Origin: Macrostomum lignano | Lineage: Eukaryota | Length of the DNA: 64,000 bases | Assembly (NCBI GenBank): GCA_002269645.1 | Contig: NIVC01000915.1 | Coordinates: 56,951 to 120,950, forward strand | Reading direction: 5' to 3' | Shown here: positions 10,537 to 25,231 of the stretch, piece by piece | Layout: every line of letters starts with the position of its first letter | Position numbering within the stretch: position 1 is the stretch's first letter | Notes under the pieces: generated by a model | Databases searched by the model: none | Seen by the model: the letters and a program-made list of their open reading frames with translations, nothing else | What the model was told of the DNA's origin: nothing | Made by a program: the position numbers and the translations under genes

Positions 10537-12288
10537 GAGACTAAAAGTTGTAACTATTTCTGTCTAGACAGCCTTGAAGCCAAAGTAGATCATTGGCTAC
10601 ATTCACACCGCCTTCTACGAGTAATTTAATGGTTTAATCGTAGATTATTTAAACGGCAACAGCCAACCGAGCACAAAGACAGATAAGTAAGAAGGGGGAA
10701 ACTCTGATGATGCTGACGTCACTCCAGAGTCGGCGCTGACTGAGAGAGGCGAGGCGAGACAGATAGGGGCGGGCCCAGAGACGCGCATTGTGAAGTGGTC
10801 TACAAAAGGCCTCTCGAGTGCCTGCCTACCGTTCTTCCCCGGAGCCTCCAGCCTTTCCTCGTCTCCATCTCGAGCCGTTAATTGAGTTGCTATGTTTCCT
10901 GTTTGGCAGTGGGGATGGAGTGTGAAGTGCTCGGGGCAGCAGCACTTAGCAACTGCAACAGATGAGCTCTCGGGGCGCGAGCTCGGGTTGGTGAAAGTCG
11001 ACTTTTTTGTTTGCAGAAATTTATGAGGGAACATTGTGGGCTGGCGTGTGAACGGAGTGGCTGACGGGGGTGAGAAATCCGCGCCCACAGTGTAGCGAAA
11101 GCTGGCGTGCGGGTCTTTGTCTTCTGACAGCCTGGCTGAAGACTGCGAACAGGCAAGTAACAAGTATTTTTATTGAATCAAGGAGCTCTGGGTGATAGAA
11201 TCTGGAAGGAGATTTTGACAGCGACATTGTCACACAACCGGCGAGAGGCATTGCTGCCCATTCGGCCGACTCACCTGAGCAGGCACACAAGCGCGCGGAT
11301 ACGTACGCAGTCATACGCACAGGCACACACTCACACAGGAGTGCACAGCAGCCCCTAATTTTATTTATCGTTAGGCATTTACAATTTATTACAGGTGCCA
11401 GGACGCTACACCTAAGTTTCTTATAAATGAGTAGGAAGCCGGTAAAGAACGCCAATTTAAGCTTATTGCATTGTTGCCAAATGAAAGCAAAGAAAAAATC
11501 CAGACACCAGTATATTTTGGATGAGTCATCATTTCCATGTAAGCAGTCTTGACTCGATCCCTGGGAACGCGGGGCTTCAGTTTTGCGACTCTCCGCCTTC
11601 GGCAGGTCTTGAATTTCCATCAGCTGCCGGGCCTCAGTCAGTCCTGACAGGCCCCAGCCTCCCAGCATCCGTCAGTCTGAACTCCCCAGCCTCCTCAGCT
11701 TCATCGCTGCCCCAGTTACCAGACCGCATGCGCCTGCTGAACTCGAACCCGGAGAAAGAAACCGGGGATCTTTTAATTAGCGAGACAAAAATTATACATG
11801 AATTTATTTACAACATTCCACTCGCGTGGCTTGAGTTTGTCAATGTTAGTTTTGCACAGAGAGTTCAAGTGTTCGGCATTGCTGCAGTGTCAATTCTGCC
11901 AACAACGGCTCTCAGCAGCTCCGGCGTTGCTGCTGCTTTGGAGCAGAAACTGGAGACTGACAGCAGCTGGGGCGTCTCTGCTGCTGCGGCAGCAGGTCTG
12001 CAATGGTGGCGAGTGGGGAGCACGAGAGTCCATTGGGGATTGAGCTTAGGCTCTCTCCTTCATCAGCTCTTTCTTCTTTCGCCCCCCCCTCCTTCCGCCC
12101 CCCTCCTTCCGCCCCCCTCCTTCCGCCCCCTCCTTCCGCCCCCCTCCTTCCGCCCCTCCTTCCGCCCCCTCCTTCCGCCCCCTCCTTCCACTCCCCTCCT
12201 TTCACCCCCTCCTTTCACCCCTTCCTTCCGCCCCCTCCTTCCGCCCTCGCCTCCTTCTGCTTTCCCCTCTATTCCGCCCTCCCCTTAC

Positions 12289-12550
12289 CAGAGATTTTCG
12301 CTTGCAAAAGTCGCCTTTTAGCGGCAGCCGCCGCAGTCGCTGATTTCTCCGTCGGCGGCACCTTCGACGAGTAGAAGGCGGGCAGGCTGGCGGCCGGCAC
12401 CCAGCCGGTGGCGCAGCGGTCGTCGGCGCACGGCCTGGCCGGCGGGAGGTGGAGACCGAAGCGGCTTTGGGCGCGCCGGCTGTCTGACCGGATGGCGGCT
12501 GACAGGGCGAGGCGGGCCTGGCGCGCTGCCGCGGCGGAGCGACTGCCGTT
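12289..12550 (-). CDS. Probable protocadherin cytoplasmic-tail exon (5' boundary uncertain)
   Basis: GC3-rich frame ARLALSAAIRSDSRR...PCADDRCATGWVPAASLPAFYSSK...KISG ending at the donor G|GTAAGG (12289). The acceptor is not resolved, and the link to the protocadherin is inferred from strand and position. Confidence 0.5.
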
Positions 12551-12555
12551 GTTTC

Positions 12556-12895
12556 CGCTGTTGCTTCCACTGTTGCTTCCGCAGTTGCTTCCGCAGTTGC
12601 TTCCACTGTTGCTTCCACTGTTGCTTCCACTGTTGCTTCCACTGTTGCTTCCACTGTTGCTTCCACTGTTGCTTCCACTGTTGCTTCCACTGTTGCTTCC
12701 ACTGTTGCTTCCACTGTTGCTTCCACTGTTGCTTCCGCAGTTGCTTCCACTGTTGCTTCCACTGTTGCTTCCACTGTTGCTTCCACTGTTGCTTCCACTG
12801 TTGCTTCCACTGTTGCTTCCACTGTTGCTTCCACTGTTGCTTCCACTGTTGCTTCCACTGTTGCTTCCACTGTTGCTTCCACTGTTGCTTCCGCA
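12556..12895. repeat. 12-bp minisatellite (CTGTTGCTTCCA)
   Basis: About 28 tandem copies; source of the GSNS, ATVE and LLLP ORFs. Confidence 0.93.
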
Positions 12896-13484
12896 GTCAT
12901 CTCCAGAGGAGCCTTCGTACATGTAGTTGCTTTCAACATTGTTATCCAGCACCTTTCTTCTGCTTCTGCTTCCGCAGATGCTTATAAAGTTGCTTTTGTA
13001 GCTGCTTCTATCACCGCTGTCAAGATTAGGAGCAGAAACCAGTACATGCAGTCTTCTCCTGGGTTCTTCTACCGCAACAATTTCCATTTTGTTTCGCAGC
13101 TTTTTTCTGTCTTTATTTTTTTCTTTCTGGATTTCTACTTTTCTTCTTTTTTGTCAAGTTTTTTATTGGCGAGCACGTGGAAAAAACACTTGGGGACACC
13201 CCAGCCAGCTTCTCCTGAGCCACCTCGAATTCCATTGGCTCTGGCGACCGCCTCAGTGAAATTTGAGCTCTTAGAGCCACGCCTGCCCGTATTGCTACTC
13301 ATTGGCTGCGCTAGCAGTAGTATGACAAAAATGAAACATAAAGTAAAAAGCAACCTTGATATTTGAAAGTCTCCTACGAGTAAATATTATGTTAAGCGTT
13401 TTGTGGTTCATGACAGCGAACTTGTTGCAGAGATTTCAGCCGGTTGAATTTTATATCTGACCGCACAGGTAAATCTGTAGTGTA

Positions 13485-14200
13485 GCTCTCTCCCCGCTTT
13501 TCTCTCCCTCTCCCCTCTCCCTCTCTTCCCCGCTTTTCTCTCCATCTCCCCTCTCCCTCTCCCCTCTCCCTCTCTTCCCTCGCTTTTCTCTCCATCTCCT
13601 CTCTCCCTCTCCCCTCTCCCTCTCTTCCCTCGCTTTCCTCTCCATCTCCCCCTTCCTCTCCCTCTCTCCCTCTCTCCCTCTCTTCCCTCTCTTTCCTCTC
13701 CATCTCCCTTCTCTTCTCCCTCTCTCCCTCTCTCCCCTCTCCCTCTCCCCTCTCCCTCTCTTTCCTCTCCCTCTCCCCTCTCCCTCTCCCCTCTCCTTCC
13801 CCCATCTGCCCTCTCCCTCTCTCCTTTCAACCACTATCCCCTTTACCTCTCTCCTCTCTTCTCTCGCATCTGCTTCTCTCCCCTCTCACTTTCTCCCCTC
13901 TCCCTCTCTCCACTGTCCTTCTCTCCCCCTCTACTTCTCTCTTCTCTCCTCTCTCCTCTCTCCTTGCCTCCTCTCTTCCTATAACACTTCACCCCTCTTC
14001 CCCTCTCCTCTCTCCCTCTCCTGCCTCTACCCGTCTCCCTCTCCTTCTCTCGCTCTCTCCAGCAGCCGCTGTCTCCCTCTCTCCCCAGTCATTCTCTCCC
14101 CTCTCCATCCCTACCCTTTACCTCTCTACTCTCTCTGTTCCCCCATCTACCTCCCCTCTACCTCTTTCCCTCTCTCACCTTGAATAAACCCTCCCCGTGC
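13485..14200. repeat. CT-rich low-complexity tract
   Basis: Polypyrimidine CTCTCC-type units. Confidence 0.88.
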
Positions 14201-14679
14201 CCTCTGCCTCTTCTCCCACTCATTGCTGCCGCGCCTCAGCCAAAGCCTCAAGTCACAGAGCAGAAGATGGAGCAGTGCTCACAAATTCGTTAGTCAGCGG
14301 TTATTAGCGATAAAATTTAATTTATTCGGTACACTATAGCAAACGCATCATTAGTGTACAAAATTACAAGCTGAACAAAAGAGCAAATCAAATAACAATG
14401 ACACAATAAATGAGTTCAGAGCCTGCTGAGCTATTGTAACTGCAGGCCGAGCTTTAAACCCACAAGCAATTTCACTGAGGGAACAACAGCAAAGTCGAAG
14501 TCAGCTCGGAGCGGAAGTGCGCGAAAACAGGAACAAAATCAATCAAAAAGTATTGCAACTATTTGGTGACAAATCTCCGACATTCTACTACTAGCAGTGC
14601 AGCTGGGACATCAAATCGAAAATATAAGCGGCTTTGGAAATTGCGACTTCATGGCATTCACACTGAGTCATTTTCACAC

Positions 14680-14852
14680 CTGCAGGCCATTGTTGACGGT
14701 CACGTGACCGCCCAGCCTGGCCCGCTGTCTGTCCAGGGTGAAGGTGGACATCAGGCCTGCGGCGGGGTGCTGGCGGGGGCTGACCGTCATGCTGCGGAAG
14801 TCGGCGGCTCCCTGCTGCGCCCTGCCGCTCGGGCGGGGATGGTGCGCGCCTC
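14680..14852 (-). CDS. Protocadherin cytoplasmic exon 4
   Basis: Acceptor cccgcag|GA (phase 1) matches the phase-1 donor of exon 17758-17611. Reads GAHHPRPSG...MSTFTLDRQRAR...NNGLQ; donor CAG|GTGTGA. Confidence 0.6.
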
Positions 14853-15828
14853 CTGCGGGATTTGATGGCCTTCGCTCGGTTTGCCGGTTCATCCCATTCC
14901 CAGCAAAAATATCCCACGGCTGAATTGGACCATCAAAACTCACCAACCCCTCATGTTGAAATCCCCTATCAGTTTTTCCCAATCTATCCCCTCTCTCCAA
15001 ATCCCATATCCCATGGCCGATCCAAAAAAGCAGTTTTTTTGCTGATTAGCGAGTGAAGTATGGGGAATAAAGTTGTGGCTTTTCTACTCCCGTTTTTATC
15101 CCAAACTCCCTAGCGATGACGTAATCGCTTGGCCCCCTGTCTCCTCTCTATCTGGCTCTCTTTATCGACAAACAGGTCAGGATCCCCCGAAGTTCATAGG
15201 GAGCAGAAGGGGCATTGGGAGCTTTATCCCCTCCGGAGACAGTTCTGTTGGAGAAGAATTCGATCTCGGCAGGCCATGGGAGATTATCTGGGGATCGGAT
15301 TTTTTGCATTTAGAGATAAAATCCCAGAGTACGAGAGAGCGGCTGTTTGCCGAGCTGCTGCTTCTGGGAGCGGCAAAGCAGGATGGAGCACAAAGGGGAA
15401 TGGACAGTTTTGAGCACAGAAATTTCAAAGCAGCCGCTGCCAACACGGATTTCAAAAGACGGTCAGCCGCGGCTGTCTTTGCCTTTGCCAACTCTTTTGA
15501 GAGCCGCCCGCTCTGTCTGTCGTGTCGCTCTACTCTCGCCTGGCAAAGGGAGTTCGGGCCGCGGCTGAGGCTCGGGGAAGTCTTTGCCAGCATCACAGCG
15601 CCAGCCAGTTTTCCTAATACCGAGTGACCTTGTCTCTGAAGTGGGCCGAAATTGGGCAGTGGCGGTGCAACTGGGCCGCCCACAACCCCTCCTGAGTCAG
15701 CTGTCATAAGGGAATTAAACTGTCTTTACTGATGTAGCAAATTCCCTAATGCTGCATTCTTGTTTGTGAGCGGGTGGGAGATCACTGGGGCAATTCAGAC
15801 ACTTCCTGTCGCAGACTTTGATATATAG

Positions 15829-16287
<459 letters not shown>

Positions 16288-16844
16288 TTTAGCGGGTTTC
16301 GGGCCTTGGGGAACTCTGTCAATCTCTGTCAACCCTCGGGCTCTCCATCTCATCAGGCTGAGCAGTCATGCCATTTCCCGCCTCATCAGTTCCTCCGTGT
16401 GTTGCCAGGCCAGAGCCCCGACCCCGGGATTGCGGGATTGCGTAATCACAGATTCGAAAAACCCACCTGGACCGGGGTGACCCGAAAGTTAATTTGATTT
16501 TCCCCCAACTCTGAGCTGCCCCTCCCTCCCCCGGAGCTCCAACTTGTCAACTCGAATCGGAGCTGGCGAGATCAAAACGCCGCAACGTCCGCCCTGGTCA
16601 GTGAGCGGCTTCATCAATGGCAGGCGCGCCTTGTTTTGATCCGCCACCCAGCATGGCAATCGGGACATTCGAATGCCGCGCTTTGAGCCCTGCGTGTGCA
16701 GCCAGCTCGGAGCGCTTTGATTAGCGAAATGGAAATTCATCACTAATTTGTTTGATTTTTACCGCTTTTTTAGCGAGTTTCTTTGCCCAGCCCTACCAGC
16801 GGAACTCCTGGATTTTTAATGCCCATCACTGTCAAATCACCACC

Positions 16845-17595
<751 letters not shown>

Positions 17596-17610
17596 TCGCC
17601 AGCAGCTCAC

Positions 17611-17758
17611 CGATCTCTCGGAACGGATCGTCATCAACGAAGCAGGTGGTGCCCCGGCCGCTGTCGGACTCCGAGGACTGGCCGCTGCCGGGCACCGCAG
17701 CCGCTGCCGCAGCCGCCGCGGGCCCAAACGCTGGCGCCATGTAGTCAAATTCTCGGTA
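17611..17758 (-). CDS. Protocadherin cytoplasmic exon 3 carrying a DSGRG (CM1-like) motif
   Basis: Acceptor aattccag|TAC (phase 0) matches the donor at 25232. Reads YREFDYMAPAFG...SSESDSGRGTTCFVDDDPFREI; donor G|GTGAGC. Confidence 0.72.
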
Positions 17759-19284
17759 CTGGAATTGGCGAAATTGCGGCATAAAAGCGCCACCTTAATT
17801 AAGCGCCGCGGGCACCCCCTCCGGCCCGCCCAAATCTGCAGCCGGGGCTCGCTAATTACCCGCGCAGCTCAGGAAGTGGCCATGCGTGTAACCCGAGACT
17901 CAGGGCCTGGCTGTGTTTTGAGTTTTCATGCGACAAGCAATGAAGATGATTATCTGATGGGTGCGGGCGGGCATTTCTGTGCGGTGAGTCACTGGGCCCG
18001 CCTGCCAGACATTGACAGACGCTGGGATTCTAAGCTCGATGGCTCCCAGCCTCCTCTGTCCCTCATCGCCCCGCCCTCCTCGCAGCCAAATATATTTGTC
18101 AATTAGTGAAAGCGGCATTGGTTCGAGTCTGGAAAACTGCTCGGCAGCCTGGGAGGGGGGGTACTCAGCCCCCCGCTGTTGGGGATTACTAGAATGGGAA
18201 CTTCAGATTTTTGAGTCCTGCCGCCGCATGCGGCTCTGGGAGGCTAGGTCACCCCCTAGGGCCATTTTCTCGCCTAGCCTGGGCCCATGTGGGTGAAGCT
18301 GGAGAGACAACAGGAGTGCGAGGGCGGCGGCATATAGGTGCAATTTGCATATTCAATGAGCTCCCCGTCGGCGTCCTCAAAGCCTGCTTACGTAACGGCT
18401 AAACGAGCTCGGGCGGTGACTGGGAGCAGGGGAAGTTGAGCTCTCAAGCGGGGATCTGAGCTCCGTGCTCTAGCTGTCCTCTCCACTTTTTTTTAACAAT
18501 GACCCCGGCTGAACAATACTGGATTTGGAGAGGCTGAAACTCGCTTGAAAATTAGTTGCTAGGGGGGCTCGCTGCTAACTCATCTTCATATTCATATTGG
18601 CAATGCAATAAGAGCCGTGACTGCATCATCTTGAGCCCTCCCAGCCTCCCGCTGAGTGAGCCCGACCTCTGCTGCCCCCCAGCCTTCCCAGCATCTTTGC
18701 TCGAGCTTCATCAGCCGGTAATTTCACTCGCCGACAAAGTGGACAAACAGTAGGAGATGAGCTGTGTTATCAGCTCATATTGAGTTCTCATTGAGCTGAT
18801 GTTAATAACCAGTGCTGCATTGTCATCGGTGAGACGTGACTTAAACGCAATTTTTATCCAGACAGCATTGCTTGTGAGAAACAAAACATTGCTGCTTCCC
18901 TCTGTTGCAAAAGAAGAAGAAGGAGAAGAGAAACACTACTCCATAGTGGCCCATGAGTTCTGCTGAGGCGGGCCAGAGCTAATTACAAGGTTTTTCATGC
19001 GTGAGTTTTTGATTAAACAGACCGGGGTGCGAGCTGTTTGGTAACTTTTGGCTGCAATGTGGAATTTTCTCGGGCTTTTAAACTGCAAACAGAGCACTTT
19101 GAAAATGGCACTAAATCCTAAAAACATGGCAGAAAAACCTTTGAAACTTTAAAAAGTGGCGCAAACATATGGCACAGATACTGGAAAAAACAAATATTGA
19201 ACCCACTTTGCAACCCCTGGCGAAACATTTCTAATAAATACAAAAATATCCTTTAAAAAGAAGTCTTTAGCCAACCCACCCAAA

Positions 19285-19580
19285 CAAAAGCCTAAACCCA
19301 AACCCGAACCCAAACCCAAACCCAAACCCGAACCCAAACTCAAACCCGAACCCAAACCCAAACCCAAACCCGAACCCAAACTCAAACCCGAACCCAAACC
19401 CAAGCCCAAACCCGAACCCAAACTCAAACCCGAACCCAAACCCAAGCCCAAACCCGAACCCAAACCCAAACCACGGACTACTTAAGTAGACTATCTACTA
19501 GTGGTCCTTGACCCAAACCCGAACCCAAACTCAAACCCAAACCCAAATCCAAACCCAAACCCAAACCCGAACCCAAACCC
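19285..19580. repeat. (A/G)AACCC hexamer repeat
   Basis: Tandem aaaccc/gaaccc/aaactc units, resuming after the SINE at about 19915. Confidence 0.88.
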
Positions 19581-19893
19581 AATAATTATAATTATAATTA
19601 ATTGATTGCACCTGCCCTAATGGGCAGATGTGCAACCGACAGCTCAGCCGCAGCTATTGCGCGGCGCATCTGAAGGCTGCGTACGGCTGTTCAGTCCAAG
19701 GACTCGCCAGGGGTCGCCACACACCCTCAATTGCCCCAGCTAATGCTGGCACCCATTTTACAGCTGGGTGAACTGAAGCAACGCAGAGTTGAAGTGCCTT
19801 GCTAATGATACAAATTGTTCCAAGAGGGTCGGGAATCGAACCCCCGACCTTCAAGTCGTGAGTCCGACGCTCTAGCCACTAAGCTACAACACC
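19581..19893 (-). mobile_element. tRNA-derived SINE with a CORE-like central domain and (AATTAT)n tail
   Basis: On minus: A-box TAGCTTAGTGG, B-box GGTTCGATTCC, then GCAAGGCACTTCAACTCTGCGTTGCTTCAGTTCACCCAGCTGTAAAATGGG (resembles the MIR/CORE consensus GCAAGTCACTTAACCTC...CCTCAGTTTCCTCATCTGTAAAATGGG), then an AT-rich tandem tail. No acceptor stem, so it is not a tRNA. Confidence 0.75.
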
Positions 19894-21274
19894 TACTGGC
19901 TACAACCCCTATTTCGAACCAAAACCCAAACCCAAACCTAATCCCTAATCCCAGTCTGAAGGACCTTCCCGCCGCAGCCATGCAGTCCCAGATCACCCGA
20001 GCAGCCAGTGCGCTGCTTGCAAATTTACAATCTCAAGTCTGGCGGGAGGCTCAGGTTCAGCAGGAGTTACAATTTCGGGACACGGATCCTCGGCCGAAAT
20101 TCGGGTCAATTATTGGGAAATTTATCCCAGAGCAGTATTCAGAGTCAGCTCTCAGGCCAGCCAAGAATGCGGGCCAACCCCCCGGCCCACCTACGCAGCA
20201 ACCTTTTTTTCTAGAGTTAATCTCTGCGATTAGGGCTCGGGGTCTGATAAATTATGCAGGATAATCCCCCCACCCCCCCCCCCGAGGTCAGAGGCCATTG
20301 TCGGCGGCAAAATGATTTAATGAGGCCAGGCACGGATAAATGGAGAAAAGGTGATTTCCGTGCAGTCGCTCTGTGGGCAACAATGGGTCCGCGATATCTG
20401 TGGGCCAGAATTTGACTAACAAAAGAGCAGAGAGCGACACCCATGGGCTGCGGCTCCGGCACTTGACGCAACTGCTCAGCGAAAGAAGAGAAAAGAAAAA
20501 GAACTCCAAGTGGCTCTTCTGGATAGCTGACAGGAGAGAGGTGGGTGCGACACATTATAGATGAATATTGAGCAGGAAAAAAGCTCAAATACACACTAAT
20601 TCGGAAATATGCGGGCGGACTTTGCCTCGGACTTGTCTGTTTGGGAAGCGCAGGCACTCAGCGTGTTGGCAGGGAACACACTTGATCGAGACTGCTGCAG
20701 CTGGGGGCTCTTGACACTTCAGCTTAGTGAGGGACAGTTCTGTGATAATATTAACAGACACTGAGCTCTCTGGCAGGCTTTAATGCGTTTTCTATTCCGT
20801 TGAAGCTCCAGTGAAACTGAGAAGCTGCTGTTTGACATTTTTTGAGGGGTTTAGGAGGGGGAGGGCCAGCCTGGAGCCGCCTGTCAGTCAAACTGCCCCC
20901 AGTGCAGTGTGGCTGCGGCTCTGAGTCCGGGATGGCAAGCTTGGCGATGCTGGGAGGAGAAGCGCCTGTATTGCAGCCCAGGTAAGCGCCACCAGGGAGT
21001 GTACGGTTTCTAGGAATGATTTTCTAGGAAATAATGAGGTCTACGCCAACAGACACAATGCGTCCAGTAGGGTGAAGTCAATTATTGTAACTTGGGAATT
21101 TTTTTACTATCATTGATCGAATGGCGCCATTTTGAAATTAGCATGGAGCCATTTTGAAATATGGTACTCTTTGGTGAGACACCTTTTTGATTGGGTGAGA
21201 TGGCGCTGGTTGATTATTGGTGAGCACAATTGTAGACTTTGAGTAAATTTTTTTATTTATAGAGTGCCTTTCCT

Positions 21275-22505
21275 TAAACTATGGAGTGCCATTCTTTAAT
21301 CTCTGTGGAGTGCCATTCCTTAATCTATGGAGTGCCATTCCTTAATCTATGGAGTGCCATTCCTTAATCTGTGGAGTGCCATTTCTTAATCTATGGAGTG
21401 ACATTCCTTAATCTATGGAGTGTCATTTCTTAATCTATGGAGTGCCATTCCTTAATCTCTGTGGAGTGCCATTTCTTAATCTCTGTGGAGTGCCATTCCT
21501 TAATCTATGGAGTGCCATTCCTTAATCTATGGAGTGCCATTCCTTAATCTCTGTGGAGTGCCATTCCTTAATCTATGGAGTGCCATTCCTTAATCTATGG
21601 AGTGTCATTTCTTAATCTATGGAGTGCCATTCCTTAATCTCTGTGGAGTGCCATTTCTTAATCTCTGTGGAGTGCCATTCCTTAATCTATGGAGTGCCAT
21701 TCCTTAATCTATGGAGTGCCATTCCTTAATCTGTGGAGTGCCATTTCTTAATCTATGGAGTGCCATTCCTTAATCTCTGTGGAGTGCCATTCCTTAATCT
21801 ATGGAGTGCCATTCCTTAATCTATGGAGTGTCATTTCTTAATCTATGGAGTGCCATTCCTTAATCTCTGTGGAGTGCCATTTCTTAATCTCTGTGGAGTG
21901 CCATTCCTTAATCTATGGAGTGCCATTCCTTAATCTATGGAGTGCCATTCCTTAATCTATGGAGTGCCATTCCTTAATCTATGGAGTGCCTTTCCTTAAA
22001 CTATGGAGTGCCATTCCTTAATCTCTGTGGAGTGCCATTTCTTAATCTCTGTGGAGTGCCATTCCTTAATCTATGGAGTGCCATTTCTTAATCTATGGAG
22101 TGCCATTCCTTAATCTATGGAGTGCCATTTCCTAATCTATGGAGTGCCATTCCTTAATCTATGGAGTGCCATTATTATTCGATATAGTGCCATTGTTATT
22201 CGATGGAGTGCCATTATTAATCGATGAAGTGCCATTATCAATCTATGGAGTGTCATTATTAATCGCTGGAGTGCCATTATTATTCGATGGAGTGCCATTA
22301 TCAATCTATGGAGTGTCATTATTAATCACTGGAGTGTCATTATTAATCGATGGAGTGCCATTATTATTCGATGGAGTGCCATTATTATTCGATGGAGTGC
22401 CATTATTATTCGATGGAGTGCCATTATTATTCGATGGAGTGCCATTTCATAATCGATAGAATGCCATTTCATAATCGATAGAATGCCATATTTAATTAAT
22501 GGAGT
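21275..22505. repeat. 21-23-bp minisatellite (GGAGTGCCATTCCTTAATCTAT)
   Basis: About 55 tandem copies, diverging toward the right end. Confidence 0.93.
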
Positions 22506-23314
22506 GCCATTGTTGGCGAGCAGCCAATGCAAGTGCTCACACGATACAAAGTGCTCATGCAAAGCTCTGATTGAGCAGCTTCATCCTGACCTTGAAGAAG
22601 AAGTTCAACCCCGAGCTTGGGTGCACCTGGGCACTGACTCGAACCCACGCCTGCCTGATCAAAGAAGTGCCTGGAGACTCGAACTTTCCCTCCGAGTTGA
22701 AAACAAAACTCACTGAGTAGCCCAGAGACACACGAGTTGTTTTTTTCTCTCTTTGAACTGACCGCCCCTTCACCAGCGCCAGGCCCTAATTGACTCGGCC
22801 CACCTGCACTGCTGAGGGGTGGGCTGAGTTAACGAGCCAGCGCACGAAAGGAAACCTGCGCTACGAAATGCGTTCTGTGCCCCCCCCCCCCAGTGAGCTG
22901 CACTGCTCAGAAACTCCCCCAAGCTTTCGGGCTCACTTGCTACAAAGTGTTGAAACAGCGCAAATCAATTATCGATTTGTTAAAAAACTGAAATCCTTTT
23001 TTCTCTCTTCGAGTTGACTCGAGATGCTCCCGGGCCTCCGGGACTGCCACAAGTCATACGGGGCTTGAAGAGGAGTAGGTGAGACCTGTTTGCGCAGCAG
23101 CTCATCTCTGCAGTCGGCCGCCTGCTCCCCCGGTCTGTGCTACACGAAATTGTGCTGCACCCCAACAGACTGATAGGGAGCCCCGCGGCGTCTCCTTTGA
23201 TCTGAAAAGTTTGCCAGGGAGGCGTCCTGTTCTTGCCTTCTCAACTGCTGCTTGCCCGTTTGACCCGGCTAATCCTGCCTGTTAGCGCAGTTGCTGGTAG
23301 CTTGCAGCTGTTCC

Positions 23315-23326
23315 TGTCTGTCTGTG

Positions 23327-23419
<93 letters not shown>

Positions 23420-23424
23420 GCCTA

Positions 23425-23474
<50 letters not shown>

Positions 23475-23475
23475 C
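23315..23475. repeat. (TCTG)n microsatellite
   Basis: Tetranucleotide run. Confidence 0.95.
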
Positions 23476-24054
23476 CCAGCTCAGACAGACTCAAGCAGCT
23501 CGCACCAAGAGGATATCTGGAAAGTTTCGATCTCTGAATCAGCCGCCCGATGAGTAGACTCTAAATGCGGACTCAGAACCCTAGCCCTAACCACGTGTTT
23601 GTAAGGCCGCTACCCCAGCCCGGGGCCAAGAAAGTTACCCACTGCCGCCCCATTTACTCAAGCAACAGAGAGGCGGGGATGCGCCGGCTCCTAGGGATCA
23701 ATATTTGAGCAGGATAAATGCTGCGATCCCGTTCTCAGCCCCATCTCCCCACTCAGTCGGCAATTCCTACCGCAGTTTTGTTCTCAAAGAGAGGCAGAGA
23801 TGAAGAAGAAAGCTGGTCTTATAATGGCCTAATTTTCTTCTTTGCTGGCTGCATTTCCTTTTTTGCTTCACTAATTGCTGCATTTTGTGGCTTGCTTTGC
23901 TTTTAATCTGCTTTTTGTGTTCGAAATAATTGATTGGCAGATGCCAATGAGTAGCGATTGAACTCAGAAACCGTAGATCCGTTTGAATTGTACGGAGTGA
24001 TGGACAGAGGGTGAGAGAGGAGACAAGTGAGTATGAGAAAGGGAGGGTGGAGTA

Positions 24055-24147
24055 GACAGGGAGGAGAGGGAGAGAGAGGGGGGGAGAGAGGGAAAATGGA
24101 GAGATGGAGAGAGAAAGAGAGAAGAAAGAAAGAGTGAGTAAGAGAGG

Positions 24148-24178
<31 letters not shown>

Positions 24179-24370
24179 AGTGGGAGAGAGGGAGAGAGAA
24201 AGGGAGAGAGATGGAGAGAGAGAGAGGGAGAGGGAGAGGGAGAGGTGGGAAGAGGGAGAGAGATGGAGAGAGAGAGAGGGAGAGGGAGAGGGAGAGGTGG
24301 GAAGAGGGAGAGAGAAAGGGAGAGAGATGGAGAGGGAGAGAGGGAGATAGAGAGCGGGAGAGGGGAGGCG
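24055..24370. repeat. GA-rich polypurine tract
   Basis: GAGAGG-type low complexity. Confidence 0.88.
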
Positions 24371-24939
24371 ATGGAGCAAGAGAAGTGCATCAGAGAGGGT
24401 TCTGACGGCCTCATCAAGCCGATCTGCATAAATCCCCAGCTTGCATAATGAATCAAGCCGGTGAAGCGGCACGGATGCTGGCGTCCCTCATCGATCGCCC
24501 AGCTGCCGGCCGGATTATTGCAGTAGGCGCTGGGAATTCTCTCGCCGATAACAATCGCTTTTGTGCTAAGCATGTTATCCCGCTAAATTCGTGACTGGCT
24601 TCCCACGATCTCCGGGCAGCGGCAGTCAATGGGATTTGCTCCCTGACCCCGGCCTGATTGACAGATTCTTAACTGACGGCCGCAGAAACAAACTGGTATC
24701 CCCAAGGCGCCCCTTTGCCCCATTTGACTTGTCTTACTATGGGCGCAAGGCAGTCTGCATGACAAATTCAAGACTGCACGCCAGAATTGGCATCGGATGG
24801 GCGCATTGCGAAGTGCTGCTGAGAGTGCAGCCACAGTGACGGGTGAGTTATGCGCCGGTTTAATACGAACTACTTTAAAAGAGCGCCAGGTCGCTAAGCC
24901 CCAAGGCAGCCATAGTCATCCAGGCCAACCCCCTAGGTC

Positions 24940-25218
24940 ATTAAGGTCATCATAGATCATCAAGGTCATCAAGGTCGTCAAGGTCATCAATTCATCAGGG
25001 TCATCAAGGTCATCAAGGTCGTCAAGGTCATCAATTCATCAGGGTCATCAGGGTCATCAAGGTCGTCAAGGTAATCAAGGTCATCAAGGTCGTCGAGGTC
25101 ATCAAGGTCATCAAGGCCATCAAGGTCATCAAGGTCATCAAGGTCGTCAAGGTCATCAAGGTCGTCAAGGTCATCAGGGTCATCGAGGTCATCGAGGTCA
25201 TCAAGGTCATCAAGGTCA
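24940..25218. repeat. 9-bp minisatellite (TCAAGGTCA) next to the protocadherin exon 2 donor
   Basis: Tandem copies; source of the spurious MTLMTL ORF tail. Confidence 0.9.
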
Positions 25219-25231
25219 CTCCGCTACTCAC

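Noticed and set aside
10820-10890. Possible further protocadherin exon (GNIATQLTARDGDEE...KNG)
   Set aside because: The phase fits but the sequence has no motif and competing terminal exons (about 11740) exist; it cannot be supported.
15073-15707. Overlapping 176-184-aa ORFs
   Set aside because: No domain motif, no coding-like codon bias, and no convincing splice sites; they lie within a protocadherin intron.
19285-19580. Interstitial telomere
   Set aside because: The unit is (A/G)AACCC, not the TTAGGG/CCCTAA metazoan repeat, and it is degenerate and intronic.
19815-19893. Functional tRNA gene
   Set aside because: A/B boxes are present but there is no acceptor stem, and it continues into a CORE-like body and tail, so it is a SINE head.
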